DNA from: a virus | Lineage: Duplodnaviria > Caudoviricetes | Direction: 5' to 3' (one strand) | DNA: 53,570 nt | IMG/VR virus record: IMGVR_UViG_3300028840_000680 | Span: 1-53,570 of that record | In this document: positions 27,001 through 36,116 of the stretch, one piece after another | Position numbering within the stretch: position 1 is the first letter of the stretch | How the letters are laid out: each line of letters begins with the position of its first letter | The notes under the pieces: generated by a model | The model's database searches: none | The model's input: the letters and a program-made list of their open reading frames with translations, nothing else | What the model was told of the DNA's origin: nothing | Translations under genes and position numbers: made by a program

Positions 27001-27788
27001 CCTTCGATTATTTCTTTAAAGATAGCGGCTAATTCTGTCTTGTCTCTTACATCGATGTAGGCATAAGATTTGCCAGTAAGGGTAGATTTGTACTCATCTA
27101 AATCTGGAATATTTCCTGTAGTTATGCTTTGCTTAAGTTCGTTTATCTTAATTTGATCTTGCTCTAGAATGCCTCTAGTCTTTTCTAAATCTCTTGAAAC
27201 AAGGGTCCTCGCGGCGACGGACTCTAAAATGTTTGCTATCAAATTAGTTCGAACTAGTTCAAGCAAAGATATACCAGCGCTAGGGTCTGCGCCGAAGCGT
27301 GATCTATAAACCCCAAGATCAACAAAATATTGCATTACGCCCGGTAAAACAAAAATTGTATTCGTTTGATAAGCAGCGCCTTGAGGGGTTATAAATATCA
27401 GTTGTTGAACCGGGGCCCCATCGCGAAATTTGTTATTATTACTGTAACCAATACTGTAAGTTGATCTATTCCAAAGCTGCTTAAGTTTGTCTCCAACGGT
27501 TAATTCAAATTTAGGATCTAATCTAAATTCCTGAAGATACTCAGGATCTATACCTAGAATAAGCCCGATCTGCTTGTAAACAGTTTTGTTTTTAATAAAT
27601 ATGGAAGACTCCAAAAGCTGTAAAGCCTGATCGCGATCCGGAATTCCAATGCTTTGTTCAAACTCTGAATAATAATTTTCTTTAAAGTACGCCAACGCCT
27701 CTTTGAAAGATTGAATTTCTCTATAAGCCGCCAATAGACGAAAGACTTTTTCTTCAACTCTTTTATCAATGCCTGTAACAACAGCCAT
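24075..27788 (-). CDS. Large virion protein, probable baseplate hub
   Basis: 1237 aa after the gp53-like gene; C-terminal ANIDLVGN..YKNGMYIYI...GYYLVTSVKSTI resembles late-control/gp27-type hub ends. Confidence 0.55.
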   Translation of the reverse strand: MAVVTGIDKRVEEKVFRLLAAYREIQSFKEALAYFKENYYSEFEQSIGIPDRDQALQLLESSIFIKNKTVYKQIGLILGIDPEYLQEFRLDPKFELTVGDKLKQLWNRSTYSIGYSNNNKFRDGAPVQQLIFITPQGAAYQTNTIFVLPGVMQYFVDLGVYRSRFGADPSAGISLLELVRTNLIANILESVAARTLVSRDLEKTRGILEQDQIKINELKQSITTGNIPDLDEYKSTLTGKSYAYIDVRDKTELAAIFKEIIEGQGALAARFDQLDTAINNFYDNNHRKLELYGVRPAGDNADLDLRNDQLQDILAFFGDAADRRDDEGRPVDPEVSIATLADAPASVRDQFPQPPKLTPFDFQCFLLENISKLVDQRENGAFASNYKNIVKVSNNGDPGSVINTIQHGNKDYIKHFLDICPEVYGLLVPYLKISRLEYDNVGNIKTKKVGDRDVSVEKDLKIPNFLTQNDVQNILDGDVGRAPGAGIKSFSWALDGVQPAEVDNNISATLVMYFQSVNDFFNGARSAGQDEPNFLDLIINSPAVKKLKDKKSRKQKPDEKPCSDDLLRNKLHQDYQGHNFRVKICAGWATPPLEALKQLTKNDEKAEALEKAFDDSRISLFLQMTQHQINFNQNGTLELTVQYQASLAGLLTGKTADIFDVSSKLIEQDIDNLENAVDDIDESGKELDPDDKKKKKELLEEIKELKNIDRNVKYKKLLKRIFSSATPGPTLPGDSRIYSISLNPNELTQTPYKDLSPEDRQRRVKRRETDETFQFQTIPEFNNVLLKAIEQSPDAGGNETAKTASETAVKTFDQLTDQQKINIPFFFLGDLIDTVIEEIKFNNEKNAEAGAKPLNFKMFISDVEMIDPLQAFKLKNLEDLVNCGYDLRDITYLDAVTKDNPTDNPQLNGIYRTMNIGDIPISLDAFQLWFKNNVVKKEKNTYFLLYFIKDVCNELITKALSSKCFGKEFNFQQRFDAQPLTLSKEQAKSSRFASNGVYSAKKLGAAQAAITCELDALQTELGLLLYSTDSRPKALSGEYDLDTNRGIYHHYLGSACGLVKTINFSRQDQAYLRESRIQKEGALGAEQLRELYSANIDLVGNTLYKNGMYIYINPSLLGASQEYLDYLGLHGYYLVTSVKSTITPSSFDVSITALHEGIEFKDNKLLPATGDVGSFFEKSFKAEDPPPDVDRRLTKQQQAIVAVERAALSIERAAIAAGPGRDESDIAAYGLVEGLPR

Positions 27789-27800
27789 AACAATAACCTC

Positions 27801-28139
27801 TTACTTATCGTAATACCTTAAAATGTCCTGTAAAGGCAAAGGAATGTAAATTAAATCCCCAACGCTTAAATCAGCCTCTGTTGGCTTTTGATTAAACATA
27901 GCAATCACCCACCAGTATTGAGCAGAGTTATAATATTCAATCGCCAACTTAAAATAACGATCGCCTGTTCTCCAGATGTGGCGAACTTTTGTTAAGTTTT
28001 TTATTTCCTCAACAGAAGGATAAGACATTTGTGGAGTAGAATAATAACGAATAGAATTTACATTTCGTTCTTCTAAGGTTTTTTCATATAACTCGTTTGT
28101 ATTCGTCAAGACCCTTCGTCTATCATATCTTGTAGGCAT
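27801..28139 (-). CDS. Baseplate wedge gp53 / LysM-like protein
   Basis: GDRYFKLAIEYYNSAQYWWVIAMFN...GDLIYIP. Confidence 0.75.
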   Translation of the reverse strand: MPTRYDRRRVLTNTNELYEKTLEERNVNSIRYYSTPQMSYPSVEEIKNLTKVRHIWRTGDRYFKLAIEYYNSAQYWWVIAMFNQKPTEADLSVGDLIYIPLPLQDILRYYDK

Positions 28140-28145
28140 CGTCTA

Positions 28146-29012
28146 TTACTCCTCCAAAGCTTCTGCTTCTAATGATTGGACAATAGACGTGGATTGATCG
28201 CCAAATACACCTATTGTAGTTACAGAAGTAGAATTTTTAACTATGTAAGCATTTGGGAATTTTTTGTTTAGTAAGGCATCCCCACCAAACTTTTTATCTT
28301 TACTCCAGCCATTTAAGTGAGTGTGTAGAACATTAAAAGTAAATGAAAGACTAAGTTTTTTTGGTATATAAGAATCTTCCCTAGTAACCGTGTTGTTAAC
28401 GATGGGGCCCGTCCCACCGGGCGTGTAGTCAGCTACCATATTAGCTGGACCATATCCTTTAACTCTCACTGAGTCTTCTACATCGACCTCGCCGTAAAGT
28501 GTTCCAATACTAGCTTCGGATCCGGGAATGGTTACCTTTGTCGTATCGCCCTTGCGAATTATAAAACCCCCTTCACCGATATCAGGAGCATAGTTAACTG
28601 CACCCTGTATATAACCGTACAGGTACTCCTCTGCTGCTGCGTTACTTATTAAATTTGTCCACCTCAACCCTAACAGCGGAGCTGCTTTCAGTGTGTTTTG
28701 GGCCGCACGCGAGTCTCCTTCGTACATTGGGTAAAGAAACTCTATCAACTGATTTACATTTACAAGATTTTGTATGGCTTGCTGCATATTGTCTGATACT
28801 ACATCAAACCCTAATGATATCGTTCTTTGAGTATTCTCAAACGCTGGAAGTGGATCCATTCGTCCGTACACAGTAGTTGAGGACCAATTGGAGTTGAAAG
28901 AGTCGCTAAACTGGGTAACCCAGCCTTCAAAACTCACCCTTTCAGATGTTGGTAGGTGCATAATATGGATCGTAAAAAATGGATCTTTTCTTAATGATGG
29001 TGCTTCTGGCAT
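28146..29012 (-). CDS. Baseplate/tail tube initiator-like protein
   Basis: FSDSFNSNWSSTTVYGRMDP...RTISLGF...APLLGLRW; follows the tape measure gene. Confidence 0.6.
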   Translation of the reverse strand: MPEAPSLRKDPFFTIHIMHLPTSERVSFEGWVTQFSDSFNSNWSSTTVYGRMDPLPAFENTQRTISLGFDVVSDNMQQAIQNLVNVNQLIEFLYPMYEGDSRAAQNTLKAAPLLGLRWTNLISNAAAEEYLYGYIQGAVNYAPDIGEGGFIIRKGDTTKVTIPGSEASIGTLYGEVDVEDSVRVKGYGPANMVADYTPGGTGPIVNNTVTREDSYIPKKLSLSFTFNVLHTHLNGWSKDKKFGGDALLNKKFPNAYIVKNSTSVTTIGVFGDQSTSIVQSLEAEALEE

Positions 29013-29022
29013 TTATATTCCT

Positions 29023-31119
29023 CTAGCCGTTTGTAAATGGGCTAAATGTATTTCTCCCGGCTGTACTATCTAGCGCTTTAACAACAATATTATCGATCTT
29101 TTCTTGGCCAACATAAACAGCGATCTGCTGTGTGCCAGAACCCATCTTATCTAGTTTAGTTATCAAAGTTTCTATGCTCTTTGTTAGCGCTTCAGTCTTT
29201 GGTGCAGTGTCCACCCTTGTTCCCATGGGCATTTCAACAAACTCTGGCCCTCTTTCGCCCACGAGCGCAACTGCAGTGCCTTGACCGCCTACAATACCGC
29301 CGTTTGCATATTTGCCAGCATATTCTTTAGGCACACCACCGCCCTCTTTTCCGCTGCCGAATCCGCCAACCCCAGCAGCTGCATTGACGCCGACTCCGAG
29401 AAGCCCACCCACCGCGCCGCCGGCAAGGGCGCCTATACCAGCAAACGCCAAAGCTTGTCCAGTAAAAGCATTTACCATTTGTGCTTGCGCTAGCGCCAAA
29501 GCAGGACCTACAACAGGAATTGCCGCTGTGGCTGCTTGGAGTGCTTTAGATAATCCGAGAGCCAAGCCGATCCCGGCGCCACCTAAAGCACCTATCAGGC
29601 CCATAAAGATTGGAATTCCGGCGCCGCTATTGATAAAATCACCCATGGCTTGGGCTGCAACACCAAGTTTGTCAATTAACGGAGTCAATCCATCGACTAT
29701 TGGGCCAAGATTGACATAAAAGCCTTTCATCGCATTATTAAGTTTCTCTTGAATGGCCTGAGTAGCAGCTGCTTGTTCAGCTAATTCTTCTTGCTTGATT
29801 CTCTGAATCTCAAGTTCTTCGTTTGTGGCTCCAAGAAGCTTCTTTGTCTCAGTTGTTGACATGCCCAAGGCAGATGCGAAAGCTTCTAGTTCTGCACCAG
29901 ACAGATCCTCAATAGAAACACCAGCTTGATCAAACCCTTCACGAAGCATCCTGATACCTTCGATTGGGTCTTCGTAAGCTGCGTTAAGCATGTCAATAGA
30001 ATTCAAGAACGGACCACCCAAGATAGCATTCAGACGGCCAACTGATTGGGCGGCACTGTCGAATGTCTTGAATTTTTCTACAACGCCAATTAAACCGGAG
30101 AGTTCCATTCCTAGAGCCTTGGCTTGGACTGCTAACTCTTCGAATACTTCTTGCCCATCATCACCGAATCGTACAATAAAGTCTTTGTTTGCCTCAAAAT
30201 CGGCACCAAGCTTGTTAATATCTATTCCTAACGAACGTGCTGTGGAAGCCAAATCAAGTAAAAGGTCTTGAGATTGGTCTACAGACATTCCCATTGCTTG
30301 AGTGGCAGTTTGCATGATGTTAGCTTGAGTGCCAAAATCAAAGCCCATTTGGTTTAGCAATGCCGTAGTCTTGGTAACCTCCTTTTGTGTATCTTGGTTG
30401 AGATACGTAAAGTCTGTAAACTGATTCTTAAGCGCTGTGACAGCTTGTGCTGTGCCCTCTAGCGTAACACCAGCAGCGAATGTATCGCGTTCTGTATCGC
30501 GAATAACATTATTGAATTCTGTTCCAGCGCCTGTTTGCTGTCTAAAGTTAGAAATAACTTTGTCTTGCTCTAGGGCGAATTGTATATTTACATCGACAAG
30601 CTTAAGTGCAACGCCTTTAAGCAGCTCGCCTGATTTAATTGATTCGAGAGCTGCGGTGGCATATCCCTTAAGACCGCTGGTTCCTCCGTCCAAAGCCTGG
30701 GCGAAGGTTTTCATTCCACCGGTAAGTCCTAAGTACGAATTAAGCTGTGATTTGTATATACCGGCGCCGGCTTTAAAATCATCTTGAACCTTTTTTTCAC
30801 GTTCGGATACTTGCCCTTCAACCTCTGCAAGTTCTTTTAGTTTATTAATCTTCTTTTGAATTCTAACTCTATATTTTTGCTCTGCGCGGCTACCAGCCTC
30901 TGCTGCCTCAAGGTTCTTTTTAAGCGCCTCAAGGCGAAGCTCTTCAGAAGCTATTTCTTCTTTAATTGCTTCAGAATATAGCCCCTTCTGGGCCGTGGCG
31001 TCCGCGAGGGCTTTGGCCGACTGTAAATTTGCTTCGCGTATTCTTTCTGTAAGATTTGCTATCTCTCGTTTAAGCTGCGCTTCGCGTTTAAGTGCTTCCA
31101 ACTCTTCTGGGGTAGGCAT
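29023..31119 (-). CDS. Tape measure protein
   Basis: Long Ala/Gly/Gln-rich helical protein with hydrophobic C-terminal segments and YANGGIV...VGERGPE; typical position. Confidence 0.75.
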   Translation of the reverse strand: MPTPEELEALKREAQLKREIANLTERIREANLQSAKALADATAQKGLYSEAIKEEIASEELRLEALKKNLEAAEAGSRAEQKYRVRIQKKINKLKELAEVEGQVSEREKKVQDDFKAGAGIYKSQLNSYLGLTGGMKTFAQALDGGTSGLKGYATAALESIKSGELLKGVALKLVDVNIQFALEQDKVISNFRQQTGAGTEFNNVIRDTERDTFAAGVTLEGTAQAVTALKNQFTDFTYLNQDTQKEVTKTTALLNQMGFDFGTQANIMQTATQAMGMSVDQSQDLLLDLASTARSLGIDINKLGADFEANKDFIVRFGDDGQEVFEELAVQAKALGMELSGLIGVVEKFKTFDSAAQSVGRLNAILGGPFLNSIDMLNAAYEDPIEGIRMLREGFDQAGVSIEDLSGAELEAFASALGMSTTETKKLLGATNEELEIQRIKQEELAEQAAATQAIQEKLNNAMKGFYVNLGPIVDGLTPLIDKLGVAAQAMGDFINSGAGIPIFMGLIGALGGAGIGLALGLSKALQAATAAIPVVGPALALAQAQMVNAFTGQALAFAGIGALAGGAVGGLLGVGVNAAAGVGGFGSGKEGGGVPKEYAGKYANGGIVGGQGTAVALVGERGPEFVEMPMGTRVDTAPKTEALTKSIETLITKLDKMGSGTQQIAVYVGQEKIDNIVVKALDSTAGRNTFSPFTNG

Positions 31120-31129
31120 TTATAAACTC

Positions 31130-31459
31130 CTAGTTTTTAAACGGCCACCTTAAGCCAGTTTCTTTTTCAAACTTTTGAACAGCTTTTGATAGAGAAAACT
31201 TTGATTTCATTGTTTTCGGATCATTAAGTCCGTTTTTTATATATGAATCCATGTAACGCTTTTCACTACGGAGGGCTCGCATAAATGAATCAACTTGTGA
31301 AGTAGATCCCATGATCTGCAGTGGCACGTCGAAACCACCAAAATATAGATCCAACAACATTCTTTGCACCTGACCGGCAAACTTGCTATACACCACTTCA
31401 TTTAGAGGTTGCTTGCCCAGGTTGTTTAAATTTAGTACATCTTTTACAATATCACTCAT
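31130..31459 (-). CDS. Hypothetical protein
   Basis: 109-aa ORF with ACTATTTA motif (31483-31490) upstream. Confidence 0.7.
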   Translation of the reverse strand: MSDIVKDVLNLNNLGKQPLNEVVYSKFAGQVQRMLLDLYFGGFDVPLQIMGSTSQVDSFMRALRSEKRYMDSYIKNGLNDPKTMKSKFSLSKAVQKFEKETGLRWPFKN

Positions 31460-31507
31460 GCATATAGGTCCTTGTTTAAATATAAATAGTTTGCAAAAAG
31501 AAAGAAT

Positions 31508-31702
31508 TTACTTTCTTCTTGCGTTCTTGGAAGACGCCTCAGAGTTTTCTCTTTGTCTCTTGAATTCTTCCGAGAGCCGCTCAAGGAACCAGCGGCGCAA
31601 AGGAATGGGAAGGTTATAAAGCTCGGTGAAGGACCACCCGCCGTGATGCTTAAGTAAAAAGAATTCTTCGTATACTGTTTCTTGATACTTAGGAGTCAGG
31701 CC
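31508..31702 (-). CDS. gp51-like baseplate/tail assembly chaperone extension, probably reached by frameshift
   Basis: 64-aa frame GLTPKYQETVYEEFFLLKHHGGWSFTELYNLPIPLRRWFLERL... with no ATG/GTG start, beginning at the T7 run of the upstream gene. Confidence 0.75.
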   Translation of the reverse strand, partial: GLTPKYQETVYEEFFLLKHHGGWSFTELYNLPIPLRRWFLERLSEEFKRQRENSEASSKNARRK

Positions 31703-32531
31703 AAAAAAAGGCTGCCGTCATCGGCATGCCCACTTTCTCCTCACTGCCACAATGCGGACAAACATAATCCATGTTCAAATCCAAATCAGGCTTTATCTTT
31801 TCGTATGTCTTGCGAAGAAGCTTGAGATCTGGAAGAGGCATTGCTTCAACAAACTTATGTAACATATCTTTATCTGTATGCTCATTAGCTTGTACAACAA
31901 TTCCCTTGATCAAGCCAGTGATTGGGTTTTGAATCGTCTTATTGTTTTTCGAGATTATGCTGTTCGCAATTGACTTTTCATTCCTAGAAGTCAAAAGACG
32001 AACATATATGCGAACCTTAGATACAGGCAAATCAAAAGAGAATACACCTTCTCCTTCGTTCTCTACACCATCAGGAAGATCGATCTTCACTGGCTCAATA
32101 TCATCTAGATTGAATACTTGATTTGATTTTTCGGTGCATGTACCGCAGGTAACTGTAACCTCGTAGTGAGGGCCGAATCCGGTAACTCTTGTTGCAATGA
32201 GGATTGCGCTCTTGTCTCCCAAAAGAAGATCATCAACTCTAATATCTTTATTTACAATCACCGACTCAAGCAAACGATCTATTGCGAGTTCGTTGCTCAG
32301 CAAAGCCTCGGAAGTCAGAATATCTTCCTCTTTTGCTGTCATGTGTTTGATTTCAATAACAGTCTGATTGTGAAGCGGGTGTCCTTCTGGGTAAAACAAA
32401 CCTTTACTCGGCAACTCAACAAATTCTGTTGGATTGACGAAAGCAAAAAGGTCTGTTGCTTCTGATGTGGGGGGTGCTGGCGCGTCGGGTTGCGGTGCGC
32501 CAAGCCGCTCTAAGTTATTTCTGCGTGACAA
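31689..32531 (-). CDS. T4 gp26-like baseplate hub assembly protein / tail chaperone
   Basis: VELPSKG.FY, MTAKEEDIL, two CxxC pairs, ends FFWPDS. Confidence 0.75.
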   Translation of the reverse strand: MSRRNNLERLGAPQPDAPAPPTSEATDLFAFVNPTEFVELPSKGLFYPEGHPLHNQTVIEIKHMTAKEEDILTSEALLSNELAIDRLLESVIVNKDIRVDDLLLGDKSAILIATRVTGFGPHYEVTVTCGTCTEKSNQVFNLDDIEPVKIDLPDGVENEGEGVFSFDLPVSKVRIYVRLLTSRNEKSIANSIISKNNKTIQNPITGLIKGIVVQANEHTDKDMLHKFVEAMPLPDLKLLRKTYEKIKPDLDLNMDYVCPHCGSEEKVGMPMTAAFFWPDS

Positions 32532-32550
32532 AAATCACCTTCTTTCTATA

Positions 32551-33126
32551 CTATAATGCTGTCACTGCTGCTACTGCTTCGCCTGATACATAATCGGCCC
32601 AATCATAGCGGAAATTAATTTCAATATTAAGGATATCATCACTTTCGTAACTTAAATCACCGAATGTAGCAGAAGTAATGAAAGCGTTGTTAAGTGTCCA
32701 AGTACCAATTAAACCACCTTGGCCATTCAACTCTTCAATAATAACATTACCTAACTGGTTAACAGCATCAAACTTGTTTATAGTGCCTGGATCCTGTGCT
32801 GGGTTGAAGAAAACATCTTCCTGCACATCAGGCTTAAGGTAACCGGAACCTACGAGAGCATCATAAAGAATCTTGTTTCCATCTGGATTAACCGCATTAA
32901 CGATTGTGGCATTAACTGGCTCCCATGTAACGGTACCGGGGTAATAGTAAGTGTTTCCTAAAAACTTGTGTGGGGTGTCAGATACCGTGTAAGATGGCTT
33001 TTTAACCGCCTTGGCGAGGTACTGTTCGTATCTGAAAGCGTCATCGACAGAAGCCAAATTTGGCAACGTAAGTAAAAATCGATGTGCTCTTCTTGGTTCT
33101 GATAATGCTGATGTCCAAAATGGCAT
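32551..33126 (-). CDS. Tail tube protein (gp19-like)
   Basis: Follows sheath; YYYPGTVTWEP, WTLNNAFITSATFGDLSY, FRYDWA. Confidence 0.82.
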   Translation of the reverse strand: MPFWTSALSEPRRAHRFLLTLPNLASVDDAFRYEQYLAKAVKKPSYTVSDTPHKFLGNTYYYPGTVTWEPVNATIVNAVNPDGNKILYDALVGSGYLKPDVQEDVFFNPAQDPGTINKFDAVNQLGNVIIEELNGQGGLIGTWTLNNAFITSATFGDLSYESDDILNIEINFRYDWADYVSGEAVAAVTAL

Positions 33127-33161
33127 TTAATTAGTCTCCTGTAAGTCCTATTATTATATAG

Positions 33162-33185
33162 TGCGGGGAGCCGGAACTCCCCGCA
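33162..33185 (-). terminator. GC-rich hairpin between sheath and tube genes
   Basis: TGCGGGGAG-TTCCGG-CTCCCCGCA with no clear U-tract; abuts the ACTATATA motif variant. Confidence 0.45.
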
Positions 33186-33190
33186 TTTTA

Positions 33191-36052
33191 TTAATCGTCA
33201 AACGATGCACCTGTTCTTGTGATGTTGAAATCAATCGCAATGAACTCGATTGCTCTTGTTGGCTTCAAGAAGATCTTCGCATATAGAACGTTTCTATCTA
33301 CAAGATCAGGAGTTGTGGTTGTGTCATCAAGAACAACTCTGTAATCGGAAAGACCAAAGTTTGTCTTAACGTCAGCCAAGAATGGGTTAACCTGTGCTGT
33401 GAATCGCTTCCAAGTCTGCCGAACGTTTGGATCGAAGAGCAAGCCAGCAGCGATCTGGGAGATGCGCTTCTTGACAAAGATCATTAGACGTCGGACGTTA
33501 ATGCGATCCAAAGCAGAAGGCGTAACTTGTAGTGTCTTCTGACCGAAGATTACAACACCCTCAGCTGGGAACTTAGCGATTGGGTTAATGTTCGCCCCAT
33601 AAAGATCGTCACGATCCTTGCGGCGTAGCTGGTGAGCTACATCAATAACTGGGATGCCGGCAGAGCCTTCTGTTAGTCCACCACGGTTGAAACCAGCTGG
33701 TGCGAACCAAACCTGTGTTCTACGCTGTGAGCTAGAGAATGTACCGATAGCTGCTACGGATGGCGGAAGCCATACAAAAGCACCGTTGATTGTGTCTCTT
33801 GCTCTAACCCATGGATAGTAAGCACAACCGTAAGAAGAGTTGAGGTTTCTATCGCGCAGACCATTAACCAATGTCGTAATGGTAGAAGGCGTGTTTAGAC
33901 GATCAATCGAAGTGCTATCTTCTCTCGGCTGGAATGCCGATGGAAGGTCAATAACTGCGAGAGCATCTGCACGATCCTCACAAGTTCTTACCAAGTGAGT
34001 TGTGAGACCATCCTGAGTCTGACCTGGAATGGCAGCCAAATTCATTTCAACAACCTCTGGGTCTGCAACAGAATCGATTGCTCTTCTGATAGAGAAGAAA
34101 GAGTAGCTTGTTGTATCGGATGGAGCCCCAGGCATTGCTGCAGATGTGAAAGGATCCATTTCAGTAATGTTAAGACCGTCGAAACCACCGTAAAGCGGAA
34201 CTGTGAAACGATCATAACCTGCGTCGAGTACACCAGAAATTGCTCCATTAACGAATGTCAATGAATTTGAAGTAGAGGAGCCTTCGGACCAAACACCAGA
34301 GCCTGAAATATCATCAAGTGTGAATGTTGGTGATAGCGAGGCGCTAAGAGCAGGGTCTGCTGTAAACTGCCCAACGACCCCGCCGCGAGGACGAAGAATA
34401 TCGCCTACCGAGCGAGCGTACACTGTGCTTCCACCGTCGCGTGCAGTCTGCAAGCCGAAGTAAGCATCTGTTGGGTTTGCAAGGTTGCCCTGTGTAGCGT
34501 TAGCACGCAGTAGTGGGCGTGGGTAAGCAACAGAGGCAGTCAAGCCAGAACCAGAGATAATGAACGGAGAATTCAACTGGTAATCTGCAACCGAGCTGTA
34601 CTCGCCATCTCTGATTGGGTTGACAATACTTCCAGTAATCCAATTACCTTCTGTAGTAGCGGAGCCGGAACCCAATGAAGCTTCATCTGTGTACTTTACG
34701 ATGCCTTCGAAACCGAAAGGAAGAAGTGCTGCGTTTGTGAACCCAGCGTCTACATCGGAATTCATAACAATGTAAATGTAAGCAGAATTGTTTGGATAGT
34801 TACCATACTCTCTGTAAAGTCTGTCTGACTCTTCCCAAGACTCGTACTTATCACCAATCTTGCGCGCAACGTAGTTGAGGGAGTTAGGATTCAAATCACA
34901 GTTGTTGAACTGCTCAACAACACGAACAACGTTGTCGCTGTCGGAGATGTGTCGCACTACAACAGAGAAAGTACCATAATCCGAATCCTCGCTTGGAGAG
35001 CGCTTGATATCCTGAATGGAAATTTTGAGATTGCTGCTTGTCCAATCACCGGCTTCGCCTCTTGCAACAAACTTGAACAACTTCTTTGGAGTTTCAGATG
35101 GATCCAACTTTGAGGCAATAATGAATGGTGTTTCAGCTGGCTGCAGCTGATACTTGAAATCATCGCCGGTGACGGTGCCACCTTGGAGTCTGACCTTGAC
35201 TACTGCCGCAGCCACACCGTTCGAAGGAGTAGAGATAATCTCATCAATGTGCTGGTCAAAGGTCTCACCAAGGAAGTAACTCTTTCTTTGCGAAGCATCG
35301 GTGATTCTAGTATTTGTTAGCTGTGGGTTTGTGTTAAATACTTTACGAATGTACTTCGAATCGCCTCTTGTAAAGTTGAATGTAATCTTTTCCTGTCCCG
35401 AGCCTGAAACGATCAATGCAGTGAACTCTTTGTTTGTTCCGCCAGTTGCGGATGTAAACAAAGCGTCGGACCCCGTAAGCGAATCAACACTACTAGAAAA
35501 TGCTGTGTTGCCTGTGGTTCCAGCACCAGCTGATGAAGAAACAATGGAGCCGCTTAATTTTACATCTGTTCCAGCATCTGTGTAAAAAACAGCTGCCAAA
35601 GCACCAGAAACACTAAGGGCGCCGGGAGCGCTGGAGGAGTTTCTTGTAAAGAGGACCAATCCATAAGCTTCACCTCCCAATGTCCAGCCAGCTTCATCAA
35701 GACCGGACTGATCGTCAGTGACGTTGTCCGACTCAGCGCCAAGCAAACGAATGTAAGTTAAAGGAGAGCTATTTCGGAGATAAGCTTGTGCGGCATACAT
35801 GCCATAAGTCGTAGCTGTCGTGTTGGCGCCCTGTCGCCACACATCACCACCGGTACTACCGGGGCTCGGGGTGCCGAAAACATTTACAAACTCTTCAAAA
35901 GAGTTAACTGTTGTTGGTCTTAAGGCAGGTCCCTTCTCGGCGCGACCAATGATAACTGGACCAATTCCGGCTGGGGAAGCAGGAAGTTGGGAGTTGTCAA
36001 TTTCGTTGACGAAAACGCCTGGGGATACAAATCGGTAATTCTTAACTGACAT
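33191..36052 (-). CDS. Tail sheath protein (gp18-like)
   Basis: SPGVFVNEID, YYPWV, WFAPAGFNRG, INPI, GQKTLQ, RINVRRL, KPTRAIEFI. Confidence 0.95.
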   Translation of the reverse strand: MSVKNYRFVSPGVFVNEIDNSQLPASPAGIGPVIIGRAEKGPALRPTTVNSFEEFVNVFGTPSPGSTGGDVWRQGANTTATTYGMYAAQAYLRNSSPLTYIRLLGAESDNVTDDQSGLDEAGWTLGGEAYGLVLFTRNSSSAPGALSVSGALAAVFYTDAGTDVKLSGSIVSSSAGAGTTGNTAFSSSVDSLTGSDALFTSATGGTNKEFTALIVSGSGQEKITFNFTRGDSKYIRKVFNTNPQLTNTRITDASQRKSYFLGETFDQHIDEIISTPSNGVAAAVVKVRLQGGTVTGDDFKYQLQPAETPFIIASKLDPSETPKKLFKFVARGEAGDWTSSNLKISIQDIKRSPSEDSDYGTFSVVVRHISDSDNVVRVVEQFNNCDLNPNSLNYVARKIGDKYESWEESDRLYREYGNYPNNSAYIYIVMNSDVDAGFTNAALLPFGFEGIVKYTDEASLGSGSATTEGNWITGSIVNPIRDGEYSSVADYQLNSPFIISGSGLTASVAYPRPLLRANATQGNLANPTDAYFGLQTARDGGSTVYARSVGDILRPRGGVVGQFTADPALSASLSPTFTLDDISGSGVWSEGSSTSNSLTFVNGAISGVLDAGYDRFTVPLYGGFDGLNITEMDPFTSAAMPGAPSDTTSYSFFSIRRAIDSVADPEVVEMNLAAIPGQTQDGLTTHLVRTCEDRADALAVIDLPSAFQPREDSTSIDRLNTPSTITTLVNGLRDRNLNSSYGCAYYPWVRARDTINGAFVWLPPSVAAIGTFSSSQRRTQVWFAPAGFNRGGLTEGSAGIPVIDVAHQLRRKDRDDLYGANINPIAKFPAEGVVIFGQKTLQVTPSALDRINVRRLMIFVKKRISQIAAGLLFDPNVRQTWKRFTAQVNPFLADVKTNFGLSDYRVVLDDTTTTPDLVDRNVLYAKIFLKPTRAIEFIAIDFNITRTGASFDD

Positions 36053-36116
36053 TCGTTCGGTTCTCCTACATTGCGAAAATGTTCAAAGTAAATAGTGTTA
36101 AACAGTAGGAAGAGAA

